From positions 59,591 through 123,590 of the IMG/VR virus record IMGVR_UViG_3300032030_000024: a DNA stretch of 64,000 bases; one strand, 5' to 3'. The DNA comes from a virus (lineage: Duplodnaviria > Caudoviricetes). The stretch's first letter is position 1, and each line of letters starts with the position of its first letter. Both the position numbers and the translations under genes were made by a program. The notes under the pieces are model-generated. The model made no database searches and had not been told where the DNA came from. It saw nothing but the letters and a program-made list of their open reading frames with translations. Shown here piece after piece: positions 1 through 9,549 of this stretch.

Positions 1-586
1 GGTACTTCAGCTCTGCGAGGTAGCCTTTGGAAAGGAGGTCTGTTATCTGGCAGTAGTATAGAACCTTGTCGAAGATGCGGGGTCTTGTGCGTGTTATGAA
101 CTCAAGGACGGAAGAGCCGTTGGATGCTTGTGTCAGGCGATAAGGCGTGGCTGTCAGCCCTATTACCCTGCGGTCTTTCCTGCGATGGATAAAACGCTCG
201 TACATCCCGCCTTTTGCTTCCACTCCGTGTGCCTCGTCCACGATAATGTATTTGAAGAGGTCGAAATCTGCTGGGTGGTTGTTCACGCTGCCTATGGTGG
301 CAAACGTGACCATTGATATTTTCTTTTGCCCTACCGAAGCGGAATACATGGTGCTGATACCTTTCTCCACCTTCTCCATCTTGTCGTGGTTTTGTTGTAA
401 GATTTCACGGCTGGGACAGAAGATAAGGATTGGTGCTCCGAGCCTGTGGGCTATGTCGGCTATCAAGACAGACTTTCCGCTGCCAGTGGGCATGATAATG
501 AGACCGTTACCATCTGTAGTGCTTTGCAGGAATGTCACGGCAGCGTCCGATGCTGCTTTTTGGTATTCACGCAGTACAATAGCCAT
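1..586 (-). CDS. SF2 DEAD/DEAH-box helicase (runs off window edge)
   Basis: Manual translation, absent from ORF track: MAIVLREYQ...MPTGSGKS (Walker A)...IIVDEAH (motif II)...GLTATP (motif III). Confidence 0.9.
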   Translation of the reverse strand, partial: MAIVLREYQKAASDAAVTFLQSTTDGNGLIIMPTGSGKSVLIADIAHRLGAPILIFCPSREILQQNHDKMEKVEKGISTMYSASVGQKKISMVTFATIGSVNNHPADFDLFKYIIVDEAHGVEAKGGMYERFIHRRKDRRVIGLTATPYRLTQASNGSSVLEFITRTRPRIFDKVLYYCQITDLLSKGYLAELKY

Positions 587-587
587 A

Positions 588-1280
588 TCACCAAGCAGTC
601 ATGTTTTTTATCTGTTTTCGGCAATGAGCGCAAAGCTGTTCGTTGGTTGGTACGGCTTCGCGCTTTGCATCGAACTCCTGTCGCTGCAATCCCGTTGCCA
701 TGTCGTAGGTGATGAATGTCTTGGCGATAAAGGCATCATCCTTGCGTTCCCCGAGAAGTACTCCGTCGTTGATGCTTAGGCAGATGTTGTCGTGCCCGTT
801 GTAGCGGACGGAGCGCCCGACGAACTGACTGCCTTCCGTTTCCTCCCCGTAGCCGTTGTTGGTGAAGTACTGCTTCATCAGCTCTATGCCCGTCTTGTAC
901 GTGTTGATGCGTTCTCTGTACCGTTTCCACATGTGGGCGGTAAACACCATCCTGTCCATGAAGTGCATCCAGTTCAGCTTCTGCGTGTATGCGGTAAGGC
1001 CAGCAGGTGTGTGCTGCAATGCGAGTATGCACATGCCGTTCTGCTTCAGGTACTTCCTGCCGTATGCAGCAGCCATGACAAGGTAGCTGTTCTTGCGCGG
1101 TGACGTGTACTGCCACCACACGGTCATGGGGAAACGCGCACATTTCAGTGCCCGCTTCTTCATGTCCTCGCGCTTGTGCACCCACCACCCTGAGACGTTG
1201 TCCCTGTCGGCTTCAAGCTCCCGGAACACCTCTGCGGTTGTCATCGTGTCTACTATCATGGTCTTGGCATTTGTTTCCAC
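588..1280 (-). CDS. hypothetical phage protein
   Basis: 230-aa ORF tightly coupled to both neighbours. Confidence 0.7.
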   Translation of the reverse strand: METNAKTMIVDTMTTAEVFRELEADRDNVSGWWVHKREDMKKRALKCARFPMTVWWQYTSPRKNSYLVMAAAYGRKYLKQNGMCILALQHTPAGLTAYTQKLNWMHFMDRMVFTAHMWKRYRERINTYKTGIELMKQYFTNNGYGEETEGSQFVGRSVRYNGHDNICLSINDGVLLGERKDDAFIAKTFITYDMATGLQRQEFDAKREAVPTNEQLCAHCRKQIKNMTAW

Positions 1281-1993
1281 TCCCTGCCGTCGAGCAGTGA
1301 GCCGTTCTTATACTTAGACCGCTTCACTCCGTCCTCGCCCCATGCGCCCCATTGCTTGAAGAAGAAATCAACGAAGTTGCGCTGGCAGGCATCACGGAGG
1401 GTACGGAACCACTCTACGGGCGTTCTGCGGGCATTTGTGCCGCTTTCACCACCTGTTATAACCCAATCAATGCCACGGAGGTTTATGCCCCACAAATCGC
1501 CCAGCAATGGCTCACAGCTCAAGAATCGCACCTTCGCGCCATTTATGTTTCTGAGGTGGTTGATGCGGTCGAAATGCTTGTCACTCTCGCACGTCACACC
1601 GAGCCAGACATTCGTCGGAACACCGCGTAGCGGGTTGAAGTATTCAGCCATGCGTTCAGCCCGTTTAGTCAGTATCTGATAGGTATGCTGTGGCGTGTTG
1701 CGTATCACGTCCATTACCTTGTCGATATATTCAAAGGGCACGTCCTCGTGGAAAAGGTCGCCCATAGAACACACGAACACCATGCGGGGCTTCTTCCACT
1801 TATACGGCTCGTTAATGCACTCTGGGTGAAGCGTTACCTTGAAACCGTTCTTGTACTTTTCCTTGCTTGCTGGCATGGCCTGTAGCCGCTTCGCCATTAC
1901 CTCGGCGTAGCAGTTGCGACAGGCTTCGCTGACCTTAGAACAGCCCGATATAGGATTCCATACAGATTCAGTCCATTCGATTTTTGTTGCCAT
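1256..1993 (-). CDS. DUF5131 / phage Gp37Gp68 family protein (radical-SAM-like)
   Basis: TKIEWT..WNPISGCSKVSEACRNCYAE, FVCSMGDLFH, FLSCEPLLG, WVITGGESG, FFFKQWG. Confidence 0.9.
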   Translation of the reverse strand: MATKIEWTESVWNPISGCSKVSEACRNCYAEVMAKRLQAMPASKEKYKNGFKVTLHPECINEPYKWKKPRMVFVCSMGDLFHEDVPFEYIDKVMDVIRNTPQHTYQILTKRAERMAEYFNPLRGVPTNVWLGVTCESDKHFDRINHLRNINGAKVRFLSCEPLLGDLWGINLRGIDWVITGGESGTNARRTPVEWFRTLRDACQRNFVDFFFKQWGAWGEDGVKRSKYKNGSLLDGREWKQMPRP

Positions 1994-2017
1994 ATTGATA
2001 TGCGTAATATTTTGATG

Positions 2018-2025
2018 CAAAGGTA
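2018..2025 (-). promoter_or_regulatory. Bacteroidetes sigmaA -7 promoter element (TACCTTTG)
   Basis: Matches TAnnTTTG just upstream of the DUF5131 start in an AT-rich intergenic region. Confidence 0.7.
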
Positions 2026-2142
2026 CAAAAAATATCCCAAAAATTTAATAAACAAATATAATTCTGTGCTAAACATTCTTAATATGCGCATACAAGCGCA
2101 TATTAGAACACCATTTTTACATTTTACTTATTATTTAAAGGG

Positions 2143-2436
2143 TTAAAATATTGATGTTAACTTGTTATTTTCGGCATCATGCCCAGTTAGATAGCACCAC
2201 TCAAACTCATTGAATGGGAAATACTCATTGTGTGTCATCTTCCCAATAGGATTACCATTATATACAAATCCATATCTAAATGCAGGATCAGTCTCACTCA
2301 TATACCACATCAGGATAAAATAGCCCATTCTCAATGAAATTCTACTCTTGGCTCTAACCAGTACTTCAGCAGCCTCACACTGTGGTAACTCTTCAGGATA
2401 ATGATACCACTTGATTTCTTTTGTTTCAGTTCTCAT
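2143..2436 (-). CDS. hypothetical protein
   Basis: 97-aa ORF in co-oriented run. Confidence 0.6.
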   Translation of the reverse strand: MRTETKEIKWYHYPEELPQCEAAEVLVRAKSRISLRMGYFILMWYMSETDPAFRYGFVYNGNPIGKMTHNEYFPFNEFEWCYLTGHDAENNKLTSIF

Positions 2437-2448
2437 AATTCTTATTGT

Positions 2449-2691
2449 TTAAAGGGTTAGTCTTTTATCTGCGGGAAGCGAATGGTAGTAGGCATAGTCC
2501 GTACATTGATGGACGTACTCAAGAATCATCGTCTGTTTTTCTGTAGGACTTTCGGCTTTAGCCGCCTCTGCCCATTCCTTTCGCATCTGCCAGTACTCGT
2601 CAGACCGCTTGCGACCTAACAGGTGGTTGCCCGTCTCGTTGTCGTATGCTACTTGTAACAGCAGCTCTCTTTCTTTTTTGGTTAGTTCCAT
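2449..2691 (-). CDS. hypothetical protein
   Basis: 80-aa ORF in co-oriented run. Confidence 0.6.
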   Translation of the reverse strand: MELTKKERELLLQVAYDNETGNHLLGRKRSDEYWQMRKEWAEAAKAESPTEKQTMILEYVHQCTDYAYYHSLPADKRLTL

Positions 2692-2695
2692 ATTT

Positions 2696-3130
2696 CTATA
2701 AGATTTTATCTAATGCGTATTCGATAGCTTTCTCGCATGCTTCCTCGTAAGTGTCGCAGTGCTCGTCAAGGCCGTTATTGAGATAACTGGTCAGTATCTG
2801 GTACTTGCAATGGGGCAGCGGCTTGATGAACGGCACCCAATGGTAGTATGGCTTTGGATTCCGCTTTATTCCATCGCAGAAGCACTTGTACTCGGCATGG
2901 ATGTGGAGCAAGCGCTCTTCGCGTAGCCAGCTTACTATGCTATATAATGGTATTCGCATTGGATTTACATAAACAATACCGTCATAGCCTTTTCGTAAAA
3001 CCATGTCGGTAAGCTTTTCTCCTGCACAACGGGTGTACTTGTCATTGCGCACGTCCCTTACAAGGATTGTTTCAAAACGGCTTACGATGCAATCGTTTTC
3101 GTCTATTTCCAAACAAATTTTCTGTCTCAT
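2696..3130 (-). CDS. hypothetical protein
   Basis: 144-aa ORF, ATGA overlap with upstream gene. Confidence 0.6.
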   Translation of the reverse strand: MRQKICLEIDENDCIVSRFETILVRDVRNDKYTRCAGEKLTDMVLRKGYDGIVYVNPMRIPLYSIVSWLREERLLHIHAEYKCFCDGIKRNPKPYYHWVPFIKPLPHCKYQILTSYLNNGLDEHCDTYEEACEKAIEYALDKIL

Positions 3131-3465
3131 ACACTTTCATTGCTTAATTTGATTACAAAATACTCTACTCCAGGCTCTGCGCCCCATTCGGGCTTCCCTG
3201 TACCAATCATAATTTCCTTAATCTTCTTCACCATGTGACTGTCGGCATCATCCTGCCTTGGATAGCCGAGGGTGAAGTGAGCGTGAGTGTAGCCTTTCAC
3301 GTTGCAAGACTGATAGTTGTTTCTGTACGAGAAAAGAGCATATTCAATTCCGAGCAGCCTCTTGCACCAATACGGCGTAATATTGCGGTATTCTTCGGGC
3401 TTCTCACCGCTGCGAATCATATCATACCATTTCCGCTTTAATGGCAGGTGCAGTTCTTTATTCAT
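3127..3465 (-). CDS. ASCH/PUA-like domain protein
   Basis: LHLPLKRKWYDMIRSGEKPEEYR motif (GxKxxExR); paralogue at 63609-63986. Confidence 0.7.
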   Translation of the reverse strand: MNKELHLPLKRKWYDMIRSGEKPEEYRNITPYWCKRLLGIEYALFSYRNNYQSCNVKGYTHAHFTLGYPRQDDADSHMVKKIKEIMIGTGKPEWGAEPGVEYFVIKLSNESV

Positions 3466-3468
3466 ACG

Positions 3469-3663
3469 CTAATCCTCCTCAACAATTAGTTTCTTTGGGC
3501 TATTCTCATATTTCACTTCTGGATATAAATCTGAGGGGATATGCTTCAAAAAGCTTTCTTCGTCTTTCTCGTCAATAAACTCACCTGTTCCATGTACTTT
3601 CACAGGCTTGTTTTTATAGAGATACAAACTACCGTTATCGTCTCTTGCAATCCAAATGTTCAT
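3469..3663 (-). CDS. hypothetical protein
   Basis: MNIWIARDDNGSLYLY..KP start, a common small phage protein pattern. Confidence 0.6.
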   Translation of the reverse strand: MNIWIARDDNGSLYLYKNKPVKVHGTGEFIDEKDEESFLKHIPSDLYPEVKYENSPKKLIVEED

Positions 3664-3665
3664 AT

Positions 3666-3962
3666 TCAGCCCTCCTTTTGAAAAATATGTCTTACAAAAT
3701 CTACGACCTTCTTTTCCACCTGTTGCATGGTTATCAGTTCGCCCAGCTCTTCCTTTGTGGCGAGAGCGAAGCAATGCAACTGTTCGTTGTATTCTCGCAT
3801 AAGGCTCTCTACCGTGTCACAGCCAGCAATGCGGATCGTCGCACCGTTCCATCTGAGGAACACGTCCTCGCGCATCTCTCTTGCCTTTGCGATAAGCTCT
3901 GGAAGAACAAGGTCTATGCTCTTGTCGCCAACTTGTCCTTCAAATAATACTCTCTGTCTCAT
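3666..3962 (-). CDS. hypothetical protein
   Basis: 98-aa ORF in co-oriented run. Confidence 0.55.
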   Translation of the reverse strand: MRQRVLFEGQVGDKSIDLVLPELIAKAREMREDVFLRWNGATIRIAGCDTVESLMREYNEQLHCFALATKEELGELITMQQVEKKVVDFVRHIFQKEG

Positions 3963-4237
3963 ACGCTTTTTTGTGTTACAATAACTTTGTCCCCACCTTC
4001 CAAAGGTGACAGGCCATTCTCTTTTCGCAATTCATTGACCGTCCTGTCCTTTGAGCAATACCAAGCAAAGAAAGCAAGGCCGAGCATTCCGCTTAATCCT
4101 CTAAACGCCTTGAACGGCTCGCTTTTTTCGCTCATAGTTCTTTATTGTCTGTTTCTTTTACGAACCTGTCAACGCTCTCAGCATCATACGATAGCACTAA
4201 GCCTACTGGATAAATTTCATTCTCGTAGTATTTCATA

Positions 4238-5497
4238 TCATTTTGCGTTTAGCCTTTCCTTCAACCTTGTGTTTCTCTTCGTCACCGTCTGGTTCTTCAC
4301 CGCCATAGCAAGAGCCTTCTTGCAACCGATGATAATACACAGCTTCTTTGCCCGCGTAATACCCGTATAGACGAGGTTCCGCTGAAGCATGATGAAGTGG
4401 GGCATCATCAGCGGCATGACAACCACAGGGTACTCGCTGCCCTGCGACTTGTGGATGGTGCAGGCGTAGGAGAGGGTCAGCTCGCCAAGCTCGTTCTTCT
4501 CGTATTCCACAAGCCCCGTGTCGAAGCGCACCGTGAGCGTGTTCTCCTCGGTGTCGACGCTCTCCACCGTGCCGATGTCACCGTTGAAAACACCCTTATC
4601 GTAGTTGTTCCGTATCTGCATCACCTTGTCGTCCTTGCGGTACTTGTTCGCCCCGCTCTGTAGGCAGTCACCCACGGGGTTGATGGCCTCCTGCAAGGCT
4701 GCGTTAAGGCTTATAGAGCCTACTACGCTCTTCCGCATGGGAACGAGCACCTGAATGTCACCGATGCCGTAGCCGTAAGCCTTGGGGATGCGGTTCTTCA
4801 CGATGTTCACTATCTCCGCAGCGGCGTGTTCCGGGTCTTCGTCCTTGATGAAGAAGAAGTCACCTTCTTTGTCATTGCTCACGTCGGGGAACTCTCCACG
4901 GTTCACCTTGTGGGCGTTGGTGACGATACGGCTGGTGAGAGCCTGTCGGAAGATGCGGGTGAGCCTAACGACAGGCACTGCCCCGCTGTCGATGATGTCA
5001 CGCAGGACGTTGCCTGCCCCCACGCTTGGCAGCTGGTCGATGTCACCCACAAGGATAAGCCGCATTTCGGCGGGAACGGCCTTCAGCAGCGAGTTCATCA
5101 GCAGAATGTCTATCATGCTCGACTCGTCCACTATCAGCACGTCACCGTCCAGCGGGTTCGCCTCGTTGCGCCCGAAGCCGCCCTTGGGGTTGAACTCCAG
5201 CAGGCGGTGGATGGTCTTTGCCTCCTTCCCCGTGGCCTCGCTCATGCGTTTGGCGGCGCGTCCCGTCGGTGCGGCGCAGACGATTTGCAATTTGAACGAT
5301 TCAAAAGCCGCAATAATACCGAGAAGCGTTGTAGTCTTACCTGTGCCGGGATTGCCCGTCAGCACCATCACCTTCGAGCGCAGAGCCTCCTTGATGGCGG
5401 CTACCTGTACGTCGTCATACGTGATGCCCGTTTCCTCGGAAATCTTGCCGATGTCAAGCTGGTGCAAGGGAAGGGTGGTGGTTTGTTTGTTTGGCAT
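4238..5497 (-). CDS. recD2: RecD2-like SF1B helicase, C-terminal (motor) half
   Basis: LTGNPGTGKTT, APTGRAAKR, TIHRLL, IVDESSM, VGDIDQLPSVGAG, LTRIFRQ, TIHKSQGSEY, YTGITRAK. Confidence 0.92.
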   Translation of the reverse strand: MPNKQTTTLPLHQLDIGKISEETGITYDDVQVAAIKEALRSKVMVLTGNPGTGKTTTLLGIIAAFESFKLQIVCAAPTGRAAKRMSEATGKEAKTIHRLLEFNPKGGFGRNEANPLDGDVLIVDESSMIDILLMNSLLKAVPAEMRLILVGDIDQLPSVGAGNVLRDIIDSGAVPVVRLTRIFRQALTSRIVTNAHKVNRGEFPDVSNDKEGDFFFIKDEDPEHAAAEIVNIVKNRIPKAYGYGIGDIQVLVPMRKSVVGSISLNAALQEAINPVGDCLQSGANKYRKDDKVMQIRNNYDKGVFNGDIGTVESVDTEENTLTVRFDTGLVEYEKNELGELTLSYACTIHKSQGSEYPVVVMPLMMPHFIMLQRNLVYTGITRAKKLCIIIGCKKALAMAVKNQTVTKRNTRLKERLNAK

Positions 5498-5517
5498 AGT
5501 CTGATTGATGTTGCGGT

Positions 5518-5970
5518 TTACTTCTTATTCTGAATCTGAATCAATGCCAGCTCCCTGTCAAGCAATTTCACCTCTTCGATGGTTTCAAGCTTGTGACTTG
5601 GATGCGAACAGAATGTCTCAATGGCCTTCTCGATCGTCTCAGCAGCCACAAGCCGCTTGTTCACCTTGTAGACGTAGCCAAGATAGTGAGACGCTTGCTC
5701 CTTCGGTTCTTCATTGACTCTTTGCGTTTCATCCTCAATAAATCCCATCTTTAGGCCAGTTCCAACAATATCGTGTTCGATGGCAGTCACACAGATGTCA
5801 TTATCCTGTGTGTTGAGGATATACACGTTGTTGCCGTCCCAGAATCGGAACACCACGACCAAATCCTTCATGTAAGCCTTGTCCGGGAATCCCGGAGGCG
5901 TTACCGACATTCCATCTTTGAAGTCAACAATGTCGCCGACCTCAAACTTATAACTTCCTTTTTCTTTCAT
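5518..5970 (-). CDS. hypothetical protein inserted between recD2 halves
   Basis: 150-aa ORF with KFEVGDIV start motif; AT-richer than flanks. Confidence 0.65.
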   Translation of the reverse strand: MKEKGSYKFEVGDIVDFKDGMSVTPPGFPDKAYMKDLVVVFRFWDGNNVYILNTQDNDICVTAIEHDIVGTGLKMGFIEDETQRVNEEPKEQASHYLGYVYKVNKRLVAAETIEKAIETFCSHPSHKLETIEEVKLLDRELALIQIQNKK

Positions 5971-5973
5971 AGT

Positions 5974-6345
5974 TCAGTTCTCCTTTTTTAGCTCTGCTTC
6001 TATTTTCGCTATCTCTTTTTTCAGTCGTTCTACCTGTTCTTTTTTGGCTACCTCGGAAGGACACGAAACGATCCTAATCTCAAAGTTTTTCCCTTTGTTT
6101 CTCCACTCGATTTTGTCATTCGTATGCTCCCACTGCATTCTCTCAATCACCTTCTTGGCAATCATCTTGTTTTCCTGTGGTGAGTCATAATGGTCAACGA
6201 TGCGAACCCAGATGCCTATGTTGTCATACATTTTCTGAATGTATGTGTCAACGTAGCGTGTCGTGCGACCGCTATACCTTCTGCCGAGTTCTAAGACTTG
6301 CATCCTTAACTCATGGGCTCTGTATTTTTTCTCAATCCTATCCAT
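5974..6345 (-). CDS. hypothetical protein inserted between recD2 halves
   Basis: 123-aa ORF with C-terminal coiled coil; AT-richer than flanks. Confidence 0.65.
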   Translation of the reverse strand: MDRIEKKYRAHELRMQVLELGRRYSGRTTRYVDTYIQKMYDNIGIWVRIVDHYDSPQENKMIAKKVIERMQWEHTNDKIEWRNKGKNFEIRIVSCPSEVAKKEQVERLKKEIAKIEAELKKEN

Positions 6346-6370
6346 TGCACTTTTATTTGGTTATAATACT

Positions 6371-7252
6371 TCATTCACTCCCCATCAGCGTTCTCAGCTT
6401 ATTCGCCACCCCGCACTCCGCGTAGTAGTACATCGGGAGGTAGATAGCCTCACCGTCAATAATTAGGCTGTTGTCCGCAATCATGCCACGGAGGGCTTCA
6501 CCGAGGGGCTGCCCGTCGGCCTGTAGCAGTTCCGTGGCCGCTTTCGTCAGCTGCCCGCTCTCAGCGAAGCAGTGGCCGTCGGTGGCCAGCAGGTTGAGGG
6601 TGTAGAGGATGCCCGCCCGCAGCCTCCGTGGGTCGTTCTTGCCGTAGCCCAGCGTGGAAGCTATCGCGTCGGCCATCTTGAAGCCTATGCCGAAGATGTC
6701 GTCAGCGAGGCAATAGGGGTTCTCCTTCACCTTTTGAATGCTGTCCTTCCCGTACTCCTTGTATATCTTCACCGCGTATGCCGGGCTGACCCCGTGGCCT
6801 TGCAGGAACACCATCACGTCCTTCACGCCCCGCTGCTTCTGCCACGAAGCCTTTATCTTTTCTATGCGCTTCTTGCCGATGCCCTCCACATCCGCGAGCC
6901 TTTCAGGGTGCTTCTCTATCACGTCGAAGGTCTGTAGACCGAAGTGCGCTACAATGTTTCTTGCATGCGTCCTGCCGATGCCCTGTATAAGTCCGCTGCC
7001 GAGGTACTTCTCCATGCCGAGCAGCGTTGCGGGAAGCTCCTCGTGCCACGACACAGCCGCGAACTGCCGCCCGTACTTCTTGTCGTTGCGCCAGTCGCCA
7101 TCGATGACGAGGGTGCTGCCCACGCCCACCTCCACGAACGTCCCCACGACCGTCTGCCAGCCCATATCTTCAACGTCTACCTGTAGGACGGAATAACCGT
7201 TGTCGGGGTTGGAGAATACTATTTGTTGCACTACGGCTTTTATTGTTTCCAT
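6371..7252 (-). CDS. recD2: RecD2-like helicase, N-terminal (OB + HhH) half
   Basis: IVFSNPDNGYSV, KYGRQF, YLGSGLIQGIG, VEGIGKKR, ENPYCLADDIFGIGFKMAD. Confidence 0.9.
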   Translation of the reverse strand: METIKAVVQQIVFSNPDNGYSVLQVDVEDMGWQTVVGTFVEVGVGSTLVIDGDWRNDKKYGRQFAAVSWHEELPATLLGMEKYLGSGLIQGIGRTHARNIVAHFGLQTFDVIEKHPERLADVEGIGKKRIEKIKASWQKQRGVKDVMVFLQGHGVSPAYAVKIYKEYGKDSIQKVKENPYCLADDIFGIGFKMADAIASTLGYGKNDPRRLRAGILYTLNLLATDGHCFAESGQLTKAATELLQADGQPLGEALRGMIADNSLIIDGEAIYLPMYYYAECGVANKLRTLMGSE

Positions 7253-7372
7253 TTTTGTTTTGTTTCTGTATTCCTGTATTCTGCATGACAATTGCCACAC
7301 CATTCAGTATCACCGTTTACGTAAGCCACACAAAGCTCGCACTCACCTTTGGCATAAGCATAAGCACTCATA

Positions 7373-7669
7373 CTATTCAGTTTTGTCGTTGTACCTTACC
7401 ACTACTCCAGGATGCTCCACATGGTCTACATTCGGCTCAAAATGCACTTTTCCGCTGTGCAAAGTGACGTCATGCAACTTGTTACTGTCGCCGTTGCAGT
7501 TGATATACAGCTCCCTGTCCCAGTACAGGTTGAAGTCGGGAACCTTCTGGCTCACCTCGTATATGAGGGCGTTTATCTTGTCCTTGTCCTCCGTACCCTT
7601 TATGGGAATGAGGGCGTTCAGCTGCTTGCACAGCGGCTTCATAAGCCTGTCGTAGTCTCGTCGGTTCAT
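7373..7669 (-). CDS. hypothetical protein
   Basis: 98-aa ORF with ATGA-type coupling. Confidence 0.6.
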   Translation of the reverse strand: MNRRDYDRLMKPLCKQLNALIPIKGTEDKDKINALIYEVSQKVPDFNLYWDRELYINCNGDSNKLHDVTLHSGKVHFEPNVDHVEHPGVVVRYNDKTE

Positions 7670-8100
7670 AACTTATCTAATTTGAATCTGTAACACTTGT
7701 CATTCTCGTAGTGGCTACTGCACCATTCGCTGTTGCTCGTCGTGCCGAAGCGGTGCTGGCAGCGGTCGCAGCACGGGCCGCAGAACTTCTGCTTGCGCGT
7801 CACCGTTGGCGGCATCATGTCGAGGTATGGCCGTGCCATGATTTCAAACGTCCGCTCGTCAACGGGTTTGTCGTTGACGGCCTTGTAGTCACCATTCTCG
7901 AAAGCGGCCATCAAATAAACTTCCTCTATCTCATCATCGAAAGGTTCGCCCTGCTTGGGGTGCGCAGTGGTCAGCACCATGTCGCGCTCGGCATCATAGC
8001 CGCGAATCTCGAAATATTCTATATCGGAATCGAACGTCGGTCGGAAGCGTCGGCCTACAACATCGGCATACTCAGCCACCTTGTCTTTTTGTTCTTTCAT
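7666..8100 (-). CDS. hypothetical protein, C-terminal Cys cluster
   Basis: First gene after the promoter at 8130; CCDRCQH...C...C. Confidence 0.6.
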   Translation of the reverse strand: MKEQKDKVAEYADVVGRRFRPTFDSDIEYFEIRGYDAERDMVLTTAHPKQGEPFDDEIEEVYLMAAFENGDYKAVNDKPVDERTFEIMARPYLDMMPPTVTRKQKFCGPCCDRCQHRFGTTSNSEWCSSHYENDKCYRFKLDKL

Positions 8101-8129
8101 ACTCGTCTTATTAAGTGCTTAATATGATA

Positions 8130-8210
8130 CAAAGGTACGAAATATATGCAATATATGCAAACCAATAATCATTATTTAGCATATATGCCGCATATTTAGC
8201 TTTAGGTAGC
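8130..8210 (-). promoter_or_regulatory. promoter (-7 TACCTTTG, -33 TTTG) with upstream GCTAAA box and ATATGC repeats
   Basis: + strand caaaggta at 8130-8137 and tttagctttaggtagc at 8195-8210. Confidence 0.7.
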
Positions 8211-8215
8211 ATATC

Positions 8216-8428
8216 CTACCACAGCGACAGCGAAATGGGGTCGTGTTTGTGCCATTTCCACTCCTTTTCCGGGTGCTTCTCCCTGTACCTCCGCTGGCAT
8301 TTCTTGCAATAAGACTGGAGCCCGTCAGCGGAAGAACGGCTGGAGTAGAAGTTGAAAGCCTCCAGCTCCTTTCCGCATGACGGGCATCGCTTCGTTTTTA
8401 CGCTTTGAAAGAGGTCAGAAATCGGCAT
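8216..8428 (-). CDS. small zinc-finger protein
   Basis: KRCPSCGK...FY...DGLQSYCKKC. Confidence 0.65.
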   Translation of the reverse strand: MPISDLFQSVKTKRCPSCGKELEAFNFYSSRSSADGLQSYCKKCQRRYREKHPEKEWKWHKHDPISLSLW

Positions 8429-9038
8429 CAGGGTACTCTACGTCTTTCTTTTCGGGGTAGGGAAAATCACAGCCCCATAGCTCCATCATCATCTTGCGGT
8501 TGTTCTCATCGCTCGACCATACGTCCGTGCAGTCGGGTATTTCCTCGCCCTTGGCCAGCATAAACGTCTGTGTGGCCTCGTTCCACGTATAGGTGAGGTA
8601 GTAGCCCGCAAGGGCAATCTTGAACGTCTCTGAGCCTTTCAGCTTCGTCTCGATGATGCCCTGCTTCACCTCGGCGGCGTATGCGTACACCTCCTGCAAG
8701 GCGGCTGCATAGCGTTCCTCGGCCTCCTTCTTCATGCGCTTCGCCTCCTCCAAGGCTTCTTCAAGCTCGCGCTTGCGCTGGGGTAGGGTGTTCTCCACAA
8801 GTACGCAGTATTCCTCACGGATGGCACGTTTCTCGAAGTCATCCATCCTGCGCTCCACATACTCGTTCTCGGGGAATACGGCGGTGAACTTCGCACCGAT
8901 GTACCTCATTGCGTCTCTCTTTGTCTGTGCCCCCTCCACGGCCTTGAAGTCCAGCTCTAAGGGGAACTCCTCGCGCACCACGTCGGTAAGGACGTACTCA
9001 GGCTGCGCAGGAGCATAAGTTTCCAAATCTTGTTTCAT
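8415..9038 (-). CDS. hypothetical phage protein with coiled coil
   Basis: 207-aa ORF overlapping downstream gene. Confidence 0.7.
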   Translation of the reverse strand: MKQDLETYAPAQPEYVLTDVVREEFPLELDFKAVEGAQTKRDAMRYIGAKFTAVFPENEYVERRMDDFEKRAIREEYCVLVENTLPQRKRELEEALEEAKRMKKEAEERYAAALQEVYAYAAEVKQGIIETKLKGSETFKIALAGYYLTYTWNEATQTFMLAKGEEIPDCTDVWSSDENNRKMMMELWGCDFPYPEKKDVEYPDADF

Positions 9039-9039
9039 A

Positions 9040-9538
9040 CTATTCGTAATTAATAAAATTTTCCACGTCCATATAGTCTATGCCGAAGTTTTCAGCACAT
9101 TTCTTGTCCGAGTCAGAGAACTGTCCTTCTTTGCCGCTTGCATCGCCTATCATAAGGCAATCCTCTTTTGTGTAATCCCTTCCAAGCCATTCATCCCATG
9201 CTTCCTGTAGCATCCCCGGATTTGGTTTTCTACGCGGGTCGGAATCCTCTAAAGATTTACAATAATAAGAGTAGCACGATATGCCAGTATATTGCGAAAT
9301 AAAATACTTTATTGCAAGTAGTTTCGCGTTAAAATCCGTCTCTGTTATATATTGCGGAATACCACCTTGGTTTGTAACGATGTTGACACAAACAAGGTCT
9401 TTCGCTATTATTTTGATTTTGTCAAGCACTTCTTTCCTAATACGGAAATCAGTACAATCTTCAGTAAATGTTTTTTCCGCTTGCTGTTTTTATTAAAGTG
9501 CCGTCTAAGTCGGCAAACAATACTTTATACTTTTTCAT
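9040..9538 (-). pseudogene. HAD-IIIA phosphatase (polynucleotide 3'-phosphatase/GmhB-like) with +1 frameshift in A6 run at 9471-9476
   Basis: MKKYKVLFADLDGTLIKTASGK (motif I) is in a different frame from TNQGGI, RKPNPGM, MIGDA..SD; deleting one A gives a continuous ORF. Confidence 0.8.
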
Positions 9539-9549
9539 TGTTTTTTGTT

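Noticed and set aside
147-779. Long + strand ORFs antisense to conserved genes (e.g. 147-779, 4782-5533, 12520-13311, 34725-35462, 47758-48423) and 40389-41210 on the - strand
   Set aside because: These are shadow ORFs of GC3-rich genes that have clear family motifs on the opposite strand.
5498-6370. Intron, intein or IS splitting recD2
   Set aside because: No homing endonuclease, transposase, terminal repeats or intein C/HN ends recognised; both halves have their own start and stop.
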